DNA of 64,000 nucleotides, taken from contig CAWBNQ010000003.1 in NCBI GenBank assembly GCA_963790205.1, positions 928,001 through 992,000 on the forward strand. Reading direction: 5' to 3'. A program made the position numbers and the translations under genes. Numbering within the stretch: the first letter of the stretch is position 1; every line of letters starts with the position of its first letter. Origin of the DNA: Nitrospirota bacterium (GTDB taxonomy: Bacteria > Nitrospirota > UBA9217). This document shows, one piece after another, positions 46,545 to 58,569 of this stretch. Below the pieces are notes generated by a model, which had not been told where the DNA came from, did not search any database, and saw only the letters and a list, made by a program, of their open reading frames with translations.

Positions 46545-46988
46545 ATGGACTATCCCCTCATCGACAGACAACTGCTTTCCTACCTCCGGCTGGCGCACGC
46601 GGGTTTTAATTCTCTCGTTATGCTGATGTTTTTCCATCACGCGCGGCTCGGCATGACGATCAGGCGCGCGCGCAAAGCACACGGGCCGCTCCCGTTTCCG
46701 GTGATCAAACGGCACCGGAAGCAAGGGCCGATTCTGGCCGTGATGGGCATCTTCGGCTTCTGTATCGGTTTTACCCTCGTCATGCTCGATACCGGAAAAG
46801 TTCTTGAATTTCCATCGCATTTCCTTGTGGGATGCACTATCGTTCTCTGTCTTATCACTACCTTCGTTCTCTCACGGAAGATCAAAGGACCCGACTCGCC
46901 CTATCGCACGCCCCACTTCTACCTCGGCATCGCCATCCTCTGTCTTTACCTTGTCGAGGCTTTCCTCGGGATCGGAGTGCTGTTTTAG
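46545..46988 (+). CDS. DUF4079-like 4-TM protein with TM His residues
   Basis: LAH, RH..QG, SHF..G, PHF.LG. Confidence 0.65.
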   Translation: MDYPLIDRQLLSYLRLAHAGFNSLVMLMFFHHARLGMTIRRARKAHGPLPFPVIKRHRKQGPILAVMGIFGFCIGFTLVMLDTGKVLEFPSHFLVGCTIVLCLITTFVLSRKIKGPDSPYRTPHFYLGIAILCLYLVEAFLGIGVLF

Positions 46989-47131
46989 GAGACTTCTCAT
47001 TCATCTGGTTCATCTGGTAAAACAAGCCCTCACCATATGTTTTTTATTTATAAAAGAGCCGCAAAGCGGACCAGTGTGGTATAATCAGCCGCAAGGTGTT
47101 CAATAAAAAATGTTTTGAAGGGGAGGACTCC

Positions 47132-47473
47132 ATGAAGGGGCGAGTATCGTTTGCTGCAGTAGTGATGGGACTGGCAATTGCGCTGTTGACGGTCGGAGCA
47201 TATGCTGCCGATGCCCTCCATGATCCCGGCATCCAGAAGCGGTTTGAGCACCAGCAAAAGCGAATTGATCAGGGGATCGCTTCCGGTCAGTTGACCAAGG
47301 ATGAGGCGGCACTCGTGCAGGACAACTTGAACAGGATCATGGCGGACGAGGCCCGGTTAAAGGCTGCCGGCAAACTTACGCCGAAAGAAAAAGCCCGTCT
47401 TGAACATAAGCTCGACCTGAACAGCGACATGATCTATCGGGAGAAGCACAACGTAATCAAACGCATTGATTGA
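47132..47473 (+). CDS. Secreted helical hypothetical protein
   Basis: Signal AYA/A; QQ.RI.QG..SGQLT..EA and G.LT..E.A.L repeats. Confidence 0.8.
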   Translation: MKGRVSFAAVVMGLAIALLTVGAYAADALHDPGIQKRFEHQQKRIDQGIASGQLTKDEAALVQDNLNRIMADEARLKAAGKLTPKEKARLEHKLDLNSDMIYREKHNVIKRID

Positions 47474-47485
47474 AACGGTCCTTCC

Positions 47486-47526
47486 AACTGAGGCCTTCCC
47501 TGCCGGGGAAGGCCTCAGTTTTTTTC
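47486..47526 (+). terminator. Intrinsic terminator
   Basis: aactgaggccttccc-tgccg-gggaaggcctcagtt-tttttt. Confidence 0.9.
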
Positions 47527-47608
47527 GTCCGCCGATCAGCGCCGTAACGTGGCGTCTTTTCTGAAAAAAAGCTTGCAACCTCAGCATAAAATCAGTAATA
47601 TTAACGAC

Positions 47609-48244
47609 GTGAAAAAAATAAAGGATTTCTTCAAGAAATATTTCATCACCGGACTGCTCGTGATCCTTCCGATCTGGGCGACCTACTACGTGCTCTCCGC
47701 CCTGCTCGGCATGATCGACGGCATGCTGGGAGACCTGCCGCACGATCTTCTGGGGCTGAAATTCCCCGGCCTGGGAATCATCACGCTCGTTTTATTAATA
47801 GTGATCATCGGCATGCTGTCCGCCAATTATCTTGGCACCCGCCTCGTCCGGTACAGCGATCGTTTGATGCAAAAGGTCCCCCTGGTGCGCGGAGTATATA
47901 CCACGGTCAAGCAGATCATGGAGACCTTCTCCGTGAAACATAACTTCCACGGCGTGGCCCTCGTGGAGTACCCGCGCAAGGGATGTTACAGCGTCGGTTT
48001 CATGACCGGCGAGGTAAAGGGCGAGTCCATCGGCCTCACGGGAAAATTCAAAACAGTATTCGTTCCGACCACGCCGAACCCCACCGCCGGGTTCCTCCTG
48101 ATCCTGCCCGAAGCGGAAATTACGGAGATCGATATGACCGTCGAGCAGGGGATGAAATTCATCGTCTCCCTGGGGCTTGTGCCCATGGGGGAGATAGAGG
48201 CCAACAAGCTGAAACATCGCCACCATCAGGAGGCCGGCAAGTGA
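47609..48244 (+). CDS. DUF502 membrane protein (possibly leaderless)
   Basis: KYFITGLL..LP, P.VR.VY..VKQ, VEYPR, VFVPTTPNPT.G; TTGCAA-N17-TAATAT just upstream of GTG. Confidence 0.88.
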   Translation: MKKIKDFFKKYFITGLLVILPIWATYYVLSALLGMIDGMLGDLPHDLLGLKFPGLGIITLVLLIVIIGMLSANYLGTRLVRYSDRLMQKVPLVRGVYTTVKQIMETFSVKHNFHGVALVEYPRKGCYSVGFMTGEVKGESIGLTGKFKTVFVPTTPNPTAGFLLILPEAEITEIDMTVEQGMKFIVSLGLVPMGEIEANKLKHRHHQEAGK

Positions 48245-49638
48245 AACCGACCGTGGTTATTCTCGCCGCGGGCCTTGGAACGCGCATGAAATCCGGGCTT
48301 GCCAAGGCGCTCCATCCGCTTGCAGGCCGTCCCCTGATCCAGCACGTACTGAACGCGTCCCTGGCAGTCAATCCCGGGAACCTCGTCCTCGTCCTCGGCC
48401 ATCAGGCCGACAAGGTCCGGGAGGCGGTCAAAGAGTACAAGCCGGAGTTCGTTCTTCAGTATGAGCAGCTCGGTACCGGGCACGCCGTGCGCCAGGCCCG
48501 GGAAGCCATTGCGGGAGCCGCGGGACCGGTGATGGTCCTCTGCGCCGATACGCCGCTCCTCACCGGCGGGACGCTCAAAAAGGTTATCGAACTCCACCAG
48601 AAGTCGCGTGCGGCGATCACGCTTGTAACCGCCGTGGTTCCGGACCCGTTCGGCTACGGCAGGGTGGTGCGCGGCAAGACCGGGACCATGCGGATCGTCG
48701 AGGAAAAAGATGCAACGGCTTTGCAGAAAGAGATCAAGGAAGTAAATGCGGGCATCTACTGCTTTGAAAAGGAGTTCCTGCTTGCGTCCCTGGACGGGCT
48801 CGGAAAGAACAATGCCCAGGGAGAGTACTACCTTCCCGACGCCGTCGCTCTTGCGAGAAGGAAAAAACTCGGGGTCTCCGCTTTCGTCAGCGAGGACGTC
48901 GATGAGGTCATGGGCGTTAACACGCGGCATGATCTGAGCCGCGCGGAAGCCGTCATGCGCGACCGGGTGAACCGGACGTGGATGCTCGAGGGCGTCACCC
49001 TGCTCGACCCTGCCAGCACGTTCATCGGCAGCGAAGTCATACTCGGCCGTGATAGTGTTCTTTACGGGAACGTGCGGCTCGAAGGCAAGACCCGGATCGG
49101 CGAGGCCTGTACCGTGTACCCGGGATCGCGTATCGCGGACAGCGTGATCGGCAGCAACGTCACGGTGAAGGATTCCTCGGTGATCGAGGAGAGCGCTATC
49201 GCCCCCGGCGCCTCCATCGGCCCCTTCGCGCATCTGCGGCCGGGTTCCGTCATCGGCGCCAGGGCGAGGATAGGGAATTTCGTCGAGGTCAAAAAATCGA
49301 CGATCGGCGAGGGGAGCAAGGCGAACCACCTTTCCTATATCGGCGACGCAACCATAGGGCGGGACGTGAACATCGGCGCCGGCGTCATCACCTGTAATTA
49401 CGACGGATTTGAGAAGCACCTCACGGTGATCGAGGACGGCGTGTTCGTGGGCAGCGATTCCCAGCTGGTGGCGCCCGTGACCATCGGGAAAGGGGCGCTC
49501 ATCGCGGCTGGAGCCACCATCACCCGGAACGTCCCTCCGGACGCCCTGGCCATCAGCCGCGTTCCCCAGGACATCCGAGAAGGGTTTGCAAGCCGCAGAA
49601 GGAAACTGAAAAAGAAAATAGAGAAAAATTCCAAATAA
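48241..49638 (+). CDS. glmU: Bifunctional UDP-GlcNAc pyrophosphorylase/GlcN-1-P acetyltransferase
   Basis: GTG start; LAAGLGTRMKS, QLGTGHA, EYYL, GNFVE.K, HLSY.GDA, NYDG. Confidence 0.97.
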   Translation: MKPTVVILAAGLGTRMKSGLAKALHPLAGRPLIQHVLNASLAVNPGNLVLVLGHQADKVREAVKEYKPEFVLQYEQLGTGHAVRQAREAIAGAAGPVMVLCADTPLLTGGTLKKVIELHQKSRAAITLVTAVVPDPFGYGRVVRGKTGTMRIVEEKDATALQKEIKEVNAGIYCFEKEFLLASLDGLGKNNAQGEYYLPDAVALARRKKLGVSAFVSEDVDEVMGVNTRHDLSRAEAVMRDRVNRTWMLEGVTLLDPASTFIGSEVILGRDSVLYGNVRLEGKTRIGEACTVYPGSRIADSVIGSNVTVKDSSVIEESAIAPGASIGPFAHLRPGSVIGARARIGNFVEVKKSTIGEGSKANHLSYIGDATIGRDVNIGAGVITCNYDGFEKHLTVIEDGVFVGSDSQLVAPVTIGKGALIAAGATITRNVPPDALAISRVPQDIREGFASRRRKLKKKIEKNSK

Positions 49639-49752
49639 CAAGCATTAAGTTCCAGATGAATTCCAAGCACCAAGTACGAATATGCAAACGGTTGGAATGG
49701 TAATTTGGAATTTGAATATGATTTGAGATTTGTTATTTATGATTTTTCTGAA
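49625..49752. repeat. Heptamer-period inverted array between glmU and glmS
   Basis: aaattcc aaataac aagcatt aagttcc ... versus ggtaattt ggaattt gaatat gattt gagattt gttattt. Confidence 0.75.
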
Positions 49753-49771
49753 TGCAGGAGTGTAGCGACAT

Positions 49772-51601
<1,830 letters not shown>

Positions 51602-51692
51602 TTTAATTGCGAATTGCGTATTGGCGAATGTATTGTTTTGAGGATTTCGGATTGATGATTGCGGATTGACGGCATCCATTCCGCAATTCGCC
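51602..51692. repeat. Heptamer array (ATTGCGA-like) with complementary arm
   Basis: attgcga attgcgt ... atttcgg attgatg attgcgg attgacg ... ccattccgcaatt. Confidence 0.75.
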
Positions 51693-51759
51693 TGCGCCCA
51701 GCGTTTACGAGTGCCCCGCGCGAGTGCAGGGTGAAATTTTCAATCCACAATGATATTAT

Positions 51760-54003
51760 ATGGATTACCTAGATAATTTAAACCCTCCCCAGCGCGAGGC
51801 GGTGTTTTACGGCGATGGGCCGCTCCTGATCCTGGCGGGCGCGGGGAGCGGAAAGACGCGCGTGATCACCTGCAGGATAGCGCACCTGATCCGGGAGCGG
51901 GGCGTTGATCCGGGAAATATCCTCGCGGTCACCTTTACGAACAAGGCGGCGAACGAGATGCGGGAGCGGCTCGAGCGGATGCTCGATATTCCGCTCGGGC
52001 GCGGCATCGGGTACGGCGGGCTCTGGATCAGCACGTTCCACTCGGCCTGCGTCAGGGTCCTGCGGCAGCACATCAACGCGCTCGGCTACAAAAAGAACTT
52101 TGTGATCTACGACGAGACGGACCGCTCGTCGCTCGTGAAGGCCTGCGCGGCAGACCTGAGGATCGACACGGAGCGGTACCAGCCGCGCGCGATCGGGGCA
52201 AAGATCAGCGCGCTCAAGAACAACCTGACTGACGCCGGGGAGTTCGCAAGAACGGGCGCCGGGTTCGGTTTCGACGAGGCCGTCAGCCGGGTCTATTCGC
52301 TGTATGAGGAGAAGCTCAAAGAGTCGGGCGGGCTTGATTTCGACGACCTGCTCATGCTCACGGTGCGGCTCTTCGAACGGGACCGCGACGTACTTGCGTA
52401 TTACCAGGGCCTGTTCCAGCACATCCTGATCGACGAGTACCAGGACACGAACCGCGCCCAGTACCGGCTCGTGCGGCTGCTCACGGCGCAGCATAAGAAC
52501 CTCTGCGTGGTGGGGGACGACGACCAGAGCATTTACAAGTTCCGCGGGGCCGACATCTCGAACATCCTGAACTTCGAGAAGGACTATCCCGATGCGCGGG
52601 TGATCAAGCTGGAGCAGAACTATCGCTCGACGCAGAACATCCTGGGCGCCGCCGGCGCGGTGGTGGCCCGCAACCTCGGCAGGAAGGCCAAGGAGCTCTG
52701 GACGGAGAGGCGCGGCGGCGACAAGATCCTGTGCTACAAGGCGCAGGACGAGAAGGACGAAGCGCGCTATATCTGCAAGACAATTCAGAAAGAGGTGGAT
52801 GAGGGCAGGAGCCTGCGGGAGATGGCGGTGCTCTACCGCACCAACGCCCAGTCGCGCGCGCTTGAGGATTCGCTCAGGAACTGGGGCACCCCGTACCGGA
52901 TCTTCGGCGGCCTGCGGTTCTATGACCGCAAGGAGATCAAGGACGTCATCGCCTATCTCCGGGTCCTGCAGAATCCCGCCGATCTCGTGAGCCTGCACCG
53001 GATCATCAATGTGCCTGCGCGCGGCATCGGTGATACGACGATCGAGAAGCTCGAAACAGCGGCGACAGAGGCCGGCGTCAGCCTGTACCAGGAGGTGGTC
53101 GATCCGGAACGTGCGGCGATCACGCCGTCGGCGCGGAAAAAGCTCGGTGAGTTCGCTGCGATGATGGAACGCCTGCGATCGGACCTGGGATCGTTGTCCA
53201 TCACGGACCTTGTGCGCCGGGTCGTCCATGAGAGCGGATACGCGGCGGCCCTCGAACAGGATAAGAACGTGGAGTCCCGGATCAGGCTGGAAAACCTGAA
53301 CGAACTCATGACCGCGACCGAGGACTTCCAGGAGCAGAACCGGGACGCGTCGCTCGGGGCCTTTCTGGACCAAGTGGCCCTGATCACCGATTCGGAGCAG
53401 CAGGTTTCAGCCGAAGGCAGACGCGGCAGCGGCGACACGGTGACGCTCATGACGCTCCATAATGCCAAGGGGCTCGAGTTTTCCGTGGTCTTCATGGCGG
53501 GCATGGAGGAAGGGCTTTTCCCTCATTCACGTTCGGCGGAGAGCGAGGAGGAGCTCGAAGAGGAGCGCCGACTGTGTTACGTCGGGATCACGCGGGCCAA
53601 AGAACGGCTTATTCTTACCCACGCTGCCGAGCGCAGGCTCTATGGATATCCCCAGGCCAACCTGGTTTCGCGCTTTGTGCAGGAGATCCCGGCAGATGCC
53701 ATGGAAAAGACAGGCGGAGATGAAGCTGAAGCGTATACTTTCCGGGACCGGACGCAGTGGAGTTCCGGCCTCTCCAGCCCCGCAGAACAAGCCGTAAAAA
53801 TGACGAGTTTGCCACGCCAGTCGGCGAAAGCCGGGGCGAACGCCCCGTATTACAAAGGCGCCGTGGTGCGGCATGCGAAGTTCGGACTCGGCACGGTGCA
53901 GCGCTCGGAGGGGGCAGGGGACGAGCTCAAGATCAGCGTCAGTTTCCCCGGGCACGGGGTGAAGATGCTTGCGGTGAAATACGCGAACCTGGAAGTGATT
54001 TAA
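51760..54003 (+). CDS. pcrA: ATP-dependent DNA helicase PcrA/UvrD
   Basis: AGAGSGKT, TFTNKAA, DEYQD, GDDDQSIY, NYRS, EERRL.YV..TRA, C-terminal H.KFG.G. Confidence 0.95.
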   Translation: MDYLDNLNPPQREAVFYGDGPLLILAGAGSGKTRVITCRIAHLIRERGVDPGNILAVTFTNKAANEMRERLERMLDIPLGRGIGYGGLWISTFHSACVRVLRQHINALGYKKNFVIYDETDRSSLVKACAADLRIDTERYQPRAIGAKISALKNNLTDAGEFARTGAGFGFDEAVSRVYSLYEEKLKESGGLDFDDLLMLTVRLFERDRDVLAYYQGLFQHILIDEYQDTNRAQYRLVRLLTAQHKNLCVVGDDDQSIYKFRGADISNILNFEKDYPDARVIKLEQNYRSTQNILGAAGAVVARNLGRKAKELWTERRGGDKILCYKAQDEKDEARYICKTIQKEVDEGRSLREMAVLYRTNAQSRALEDSLRNWGTPYRIFGGLRFYDRKEIKDVIAYLRVLQNPADLVSLHRIINVPARGIGDTTIEKLETAATEAGVSLYQEVVDPERAAITPSARKKLGEFAAMMERLRSDLGSLSITDLVRRVVHESGYAAALEQDKNVESRIRLENLNELMTATEDFQEQNRDASLGAFLDQVALITDSEQQVSAEGRRGSGDTVTLMTLHNAKGLEFSVVFMAGMEEGLFPHSRSAESEEELEEERRLCYVGITRAKERLILTHAAERRLYGYPQANLVSRFVQEIPADAMEKTGGDEAEAYTFRDRTQWSSGLSSPAEQAVKMTSLPRQSAKAGANAPYYKGAVVRHAKFGLGTVQRSEGAGDELKISVSFPGHGVKMLAVKYANLEVI

Positions 54004-54007
54004 TACA

Positions 54008-54083
54008 TTAACCACAGAGCACGCAGAGAGTAAAACTAGAATCTTCAATTTTTAATGCATTACTCTGTGACCACTGTGGTTAA
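54008..54083. repeat. Intergenic inverted repeat
   Basis: ttaaccacagagcacgcagag ... ctctgtgaccactgtggttaa. Confidence 0.75.
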
Positions 54084-54096
54084 AAGGGGATTTTCT

Positions 54097-54384
54097 ATGA
54101 AAATTACAAAACAGGAAGTTGAACATGTGGCAAAACTCGGCAGGCTGGAGCTTTCGGAGCAGGAGAAGGTGCATTTAACGGACCAGCTCTCGAACATCCT
54201 CACGTATGTGGAAAAGCTCAATGAGCTCGACACCAAAGGCGTGGAGCCGACGTCTCACGTGCTGGACATCAATAATGTCATGCGCGACGATGTCCCCGGA
54301 GAGAGCCTTTCCCAAGAACGGGCGCTGTCCAACGCGCCCGACAAGGCAGCCGGACACTACCGCGTGCCGCTGATCATCGAGTAA
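54097..54384 (+). CDS. gatC: Asp/Glu-tRNA amidotransferase subunit C
   Basis: V.HVAKL.RL, IL.YVEKL.ELDT..VEP, R.D, NAP, VP.II. Confidence 0.95.
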   Translation: MKITKQEVEHVAKLGRLELSEQEKVHLTDQLSNILTYVEKLNELDTKGVEPTSHVLDINNVMRDDVPGESLSQERALSNAPDKAAGHYRVPLIIE

Positions 54385-54457
54385 GTGCGGATTGCGAATT
54401 GCGGAATGAAAGTTACCAGCCGCATGTTTTATTTTAGCTAAGGAATTGAGGAATGAA

Positions 54458-54835
54458 ATGTTCAGACTGATGCTGCGATCAAAGATCCACCGTGCAACCG
54501 TGACGGACGCGAACCTCGAGTACGAAGGGAGCCTGACGATAGACCCCCTACTCCTGGAGGCCGCTGATATGCTTCCGTATGAGCAAGTGAGGGTATCGAA
54601 CCTCAATAACGGAGAACGGTTCGAGACCTATATCATACCGGGCAAACGCGGGTCGGGTGATATGTGCCTGAACGGCCCGACGTCAAGGAAGGGAGCAAAA
54701 GGAGATAAGATCATCGTCTTCTGCTACGAGTATTACAACGAGCAGGAGCTGAAGACCTTCAAACCCAATATCGTGCTGGTCGATGACCATAATCTGATCG
54801 TTTCCGTAGGCCACACCATTAAAGATAAGGAGTAG
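54458..54835 (+). CDS. panD: Aspartate 1-decarboxylase
   Basis: [28 protein letters not shown]. Confidence 0.95.
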   Translation: MFRLMLRSKIHRATVTDANLEYEGSLTIDPLLLEAADMLPYEQVRVSNLNNGERFETYIIPGKRGSGDMCLNGPTSRKGAKGDKIIVFCYEYYNEQELKTFKPNIVLVDDHNLIVSVGHTIKDKE

Positions 54836-54837
54836 GC

Positions 54838-56298
54838 ATGGAGCTCTACCATCTCACGGTCCACGAACTGCACGACATGCTGAAAAAAGGCGAGACCACT
54901 TCCCAGGCCATTACTGAATCGGTACTTGGCAGGATCAAAGCCGTGGACGACAAGGTCAAGGCCTACCTTACGGTGACCGGGGACATCGCCCGCGCGCAGG
55001 CGCAGGCAGCGGACAAACGCATCAAGGCGGGTGACACTGCGTCGCCGCTTCTCGGCATACCGATCGCGATCAAGGACAATATGTGCACCGAGGGCATCAG
55101 GACCACCTGCGCATCGAAGATACTCGAGAATTTCGTCCCTCCCTATGACGCGACCGTTGTCCGGAAGCTGAACGAGGCGGGCATGGTCCTTTGCGGCAAA
55201 CCGAACATGGACGAGTTTGCCATGGGCTCGTCCACGGAAAACTCGGGGTTTTTCATCACGAAAAATCCGTGGGACCTCGAACGCATTCCCGGCGGATCGA
55301 GCGGCGGCTCGGCGGCAGCGGTAGCGGCCGATGAGTGCATCGGTTCGCTCGGCTCCGATACGGGCGGCTCCATCAGACAGCCGGCGTCCTGCTGCGGGGT
55401 TGTGGGGCTCAAGCCGACCTACGGAAGGGTCTCCCGCTACGGGCTGGTGGCGTTCGCGTCCTCGCTGGACCAGATCGGCCCGATCACCAAGGACGTCAAG
55501 GACGCGGCGCTGCTTATGAATGTCATTGCAGGCCATGATCCCAAAGACTCCACATCGGCAAATATTCCCGCACCCGATTTTACCAAAGCGCTCAAAAAAG
55601 ACGTAAAAGGCCTGAAGATCGGTTTGCCGAAGGAGTATTTCATCGAAGGCATGGACCCGGATGTGGAGAAAGCGATCAGGGACGCGGTCAAGACCCTCGA
55701 GGGCCTGGGGGCGAAGGTGGTCGAAGTTTCGCTTCCCCACTCGGACTATGCCGTTGCCACCTACTATATTCTCGCAACGTCCGAGGCGAGCTCGAACCTC
55801 GCGCGCTACGACGGCGTGAAGTACGGTTTTCGCGCCCAGGGCGCCAGGGACCTTCTGGACATGTACATGAAATCCCGCAGCCAGGGTTTCGGGTCCGAGG
55901 TGAAACGCAGGATCATGCTCGGCACGTACGCGCTCTCCGCCGGATATTATGAGGCCTATTACAAAAAAGGGCAGCAGGCGCGGACGCTGATCAAGCGCGA
56001 TTTCGATGAAGCATTCAAAAGCGTCGATGTCATCGCGACCCCGACGGCCCCCACGGCGGCGTTCAAGATCGGGGAGAAATCCTCCGACCCGCTCCAGATG
56101 TACTTGTCGGACATATTCACTATCAGCGTGAACCTTGCGGGCATCCCGGGGATGTCGCTTCCCTGCGGATTTACGAAAGGAAAACTTCCGGTCGGGCTCC
56201 AGCTCCTCGGCAGGCACTTCAACGAGGAAGCGATCATCCATGCGGCCTATGCCTACGAGCAGGCGACGGAGTGGCACAGGATGAAACCGAAATTGTAG
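54838..56298 (+). CDS. gatA: Asp/Glu-tRNA amidotransferase subunit A
   Basis: [29 protein letters not shown]. Confidence 0.97.
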   Translation: MELYHLTVHELHDMLKKGETTSQAITESVLGRIKAVDDKVKAYLTVTGDIARAQAQAADKRIKAGDTASPLLGIPIAIKDNMCTEGIRTTCASKILENFVPPYDATVVRKLNEAGMVLCGKPNMDEFAMGSSTENSGFFITKNPWDLERIPGGSSGGSAAAVAADECIGSLGSDTGGSIRQPASCCGVVGLKPTYGRVSRYGLVAFASSLDQIGPITKDVKDAALLMNVIAGHDPKDSTSANIPAPDFTKALKKDVKGLKIGLPKEYFIEGMDPDVEKAIRDAVKTLEGLGAKVVEVSLPHSDYAVATYYILATSEASSNLARYDGVKYGFRAQGARDLLDMYMKSRSQGFGSEVKRRIMLGTYALSAGYYEAYYKKGQQARTLIKRDFDEAFKSVDVIATPTAPTAAFKIGEKSSDPLQMYLSDIFTISVNLAGIPGMSLPCGFTKGKLPVGLQLLGRHFNEEAIIHAAYAYEQATEWHRMKPKL

Positions 56299-56332
56299 AT
56301 TTCGGATTGAAAAAACATCAGCGAGGTAATTC

Positions 56333-57769
56333 ATGAAATACGAGGCAGTGATCGGGCTGGAAGTGCATGCGCAACTCCAGACGAATACGAAAATATTCTG
56401 CGAATGTGAAACGAAATTCGGAGAAGACGCCAACACCCGGACCTGCCCGGTCTGCATCGGCATGCCCGGCGTGCTGCCGGTGCTGAATAAAAAGGCCGTC
56501 GAGTTCATCGTTAAAACCGGCCTCGCCACGCACTGCACGATCAGCTCTTACAGCCGGTTTGCGCGGAAGAACTACTTTTATCCCGACCTCCCCAAAGGTT
56601 ACCAGATCTCTCAATATGAGCTGCCGGTTTGTGAAAAGGGCTATGTCGAGATCGTGGTCAACGGAAAGGTCAAGCGCATCGGGCTCACGCGGATCCATCT
56701 CGAAGAGGACGCGGGCAAGAACCTGCACCAGCCCGAAGGCGGGGCGAGCCTCGTGGACCTGAACCGGGCCGGCACGCCGCTCATGGAGATCGTGTCCGAG
56801 CCGGACATCCGCACCTCCGAAGAAGCGTCCGAGTATCTCAAAAAACTTCGCGCGATCCTCCGCTACATCGAGGTATCGGACGCGGACATGGAAAAAGGCA
56901 ACTTCCGGTGCGACGCCAACGTCTCGATCCGGCCTGTCGGCGCAAAGGAGTTCGGCACCCGGGCCGAGGTGAAGAACGTGAACTCCTTCAAGTTCGTGCA
57001 GAAAGCGCTCGAGTATGAGATCAAGCGGCAAGCGCAGGTCCTCGACGATGGAGGCAAGGTCATCCAGGAGACACGGCTCTTCGATTCGACCAAGGGCGTT
57101 ACCTTCTCCATGCGGAGCAAGGAAGAGGCTCACGATTACCGGTACTTCCCCGAGCCCGACCTCGTGCCCATCGTCGTATCGCGGGAAACCGTCGAGATCA
57201 TCGGAAAGACCATCCCCGAGCTTCCCGACGCCAGGCGGGAACGGTTCGCGAAAGAGTATGGCCTGCCCGAGTACGACGCCGATATGCTGACCCAGAGCAG
57301 GGCCACGGCTGATTATTATGAGAAAATGGTAAAAAAAGTCACACCATCCAATGCAAAAGAAGCCGCAAATTTGATGTTGGGAGAGTATTTAAGATTGCTG
57401 AATTTAGATAATAGAGATTTTAGTACTTCTACATTATCTCCGGAAATAAGTGGAGGAGTTATCGCTTTAATTGATAAAGGGGTCATTTCCAAAAAGATAG
57501 CCAAGACCGTGTTCGAGGAGATGTATAAAACGGGAAAGGACGCGGAAACGGTTGTCAAGGAGCAGGGGCTGGTACAGGTGTCGGACACCGGCGCCATCGA
57601 AACGATCATCGATGAAGTGATCAAGGCCAATCCGGCCCAGGCCTCGGATTATAAAGCGGGGAAAGAAAAGCTGTTCGGTTTCTTCGTGGGCCAGGTGATG
57701 AAGGCGAGCAAGGGCAAGGCGAACCCCGAGCTCGTGAACCAATTGTTGAAGAAGAAGCTGACCGAATAG
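56333..57769 (+). CDS. gatB: Asp/Glu-tRNA amidotransferase subunit B
   Basis: [39 protein letters not shown]. Confidence 0.97.
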   Translation: MKYEAVIGLEVHAQLQTNTKIFCECETKFGEDANTRTCPVCIGMPGVLPVLNKKAVEFIVKTGLATHCTISSYSRFARKNYFYPDLPKGYQISQYELPVCEKGYVEIVVNGKVKRIGLTRIHLEEDAGKNLHQPEGGASLVDLNRAGTPLMEIVSEPDIRTSEEASEYLKKLRAILRYIEVSDADMEKGNFRCDANVSIRPVGAKEFGTRAEVKNVNSFKFVQKALEYEIKRQAQVLDDGGKVIQETRLFDSTKGVTFSMRSKEEAHDYRYFPEPDLVPIVVSRETVEIIGKTIPELPDARRERFAKEYGLPEYDADMLTQSRATADYYEKMVKKVTPSNAKEAANLMLGEYLRLLNLDNRDFSTSTLSPEISGGVIALIDKGVISKKIAKTVFEEMYKTGKDAETVVKEQGLVQVSDTGAIETIIDEVIKANPAQASDYKAGKEKLFGFFVGQVMKASKGKANPELVNQLLKKKLTE

Positions 57770-57816
57770 TAAACTCGCAATTCGAATTTCGAAATTATAC
57801 GGTAGGGGGATAAACA

Positions 57817-58509
57817 ATGCTTCAGTCAATGCACAAACACATGAAATGGATTATGTGGGCCATCGTCGTTCTCGTGACGGTCACCTTTATGTTCTTCGGC
57901 ATGTATCCGTCATCCGTAAGCGGCAGAACGGTCGCGAGGGTGGACGGCTATGTGATCAGCGCCGATGACCTGAACCGGGTTTACCGGAACATGGAGGAGA
58001 ATTACCGGCAGATCATGAAAGACCAGTTCAACGAAAATTTTGCAAAGACGCTCAGGAGCCAGGCGCTCCGCGAACTGGTCCAAAACAGGCTGCTTGTTCA
58101 GGAGGCTGATCGCGTCGGCCTGCGCGTTACCGATGAGGAGCTCCAGTCCTATATCATGCAGATACCGGCCTTCCTCGTTGGGGGCAGGTTCGACAAAAGG
58201 GTTTATGAGCGCGCGCTCCAGAACATCAATATGACGCCGGCGCAGTTCGAAGCAAACCAGCGCGAATATCTGCTCAGGCAGAAACTGGAACATCTCGTTG
58301 AAGACGGCGTCGCGGTGACGGATGCAGAACTTTCCGCGGCGTACGCGTCCAAAAACCCGAAAGCTAAGCCCGGTGATTTTGAGAAGAACAAGGTCGCTTT
58401 CAAACAGACCTACCTGGCGGAGAAGCAGAGGACCGCACTCGACGCTTTCGTGAGGGGTCTCGGGAACAAGGCCACGATAACGATAGACGATAAGGCGCTT
58501 GCTTCTTAA
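57817..58509 (+). CDS. SurA/PpiD N-terminal-domain protein lacking a PPIase domain
   Basis: ML..M.K, TM, VA.V.G..I, LL.QEA...GL.V.D.E, F...G.FD...Y. Confidence 0.8.
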   Translation: MLQSMHKHMKWIMWAIVVLVTVTFMFFGMYPSSVSGRTVARVDGYVISADDLNRVYRNMEENYRQIMKDQFNENFAKTLRSQALRELVQNRLLVQEADRVGLRVTDEELQSYIMQIPAFLVGGRFDKRVYERALQNINMTPAQFEANQREYLLRQKLEHLVEDGVAVTDAELSAAYASKNPKAKPGDFEKNKVAFKQTYLAEKQRTALDAFVRGLGNKATITIDDKALAS

Positions 58510-58569
58510 GAGCGCCTGTTGTCTGACCTGAGCTTGCCGGGGGCTCCCACGGCTCCCGCTTTCGCTCTA

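Noticed and set aside
47983..48240. N-terminal extension of GlmU in the ORF track (likewise PhoR to 45301 and the phosphatase to 11912)
   Set aside because: Extensions overlap upstream genes or lack an RBS; internal starts fit better.
49640..49771. glmS ribozyme
   Set aside because: Conserved ribozyme core not seen; the region is a heptamer array.
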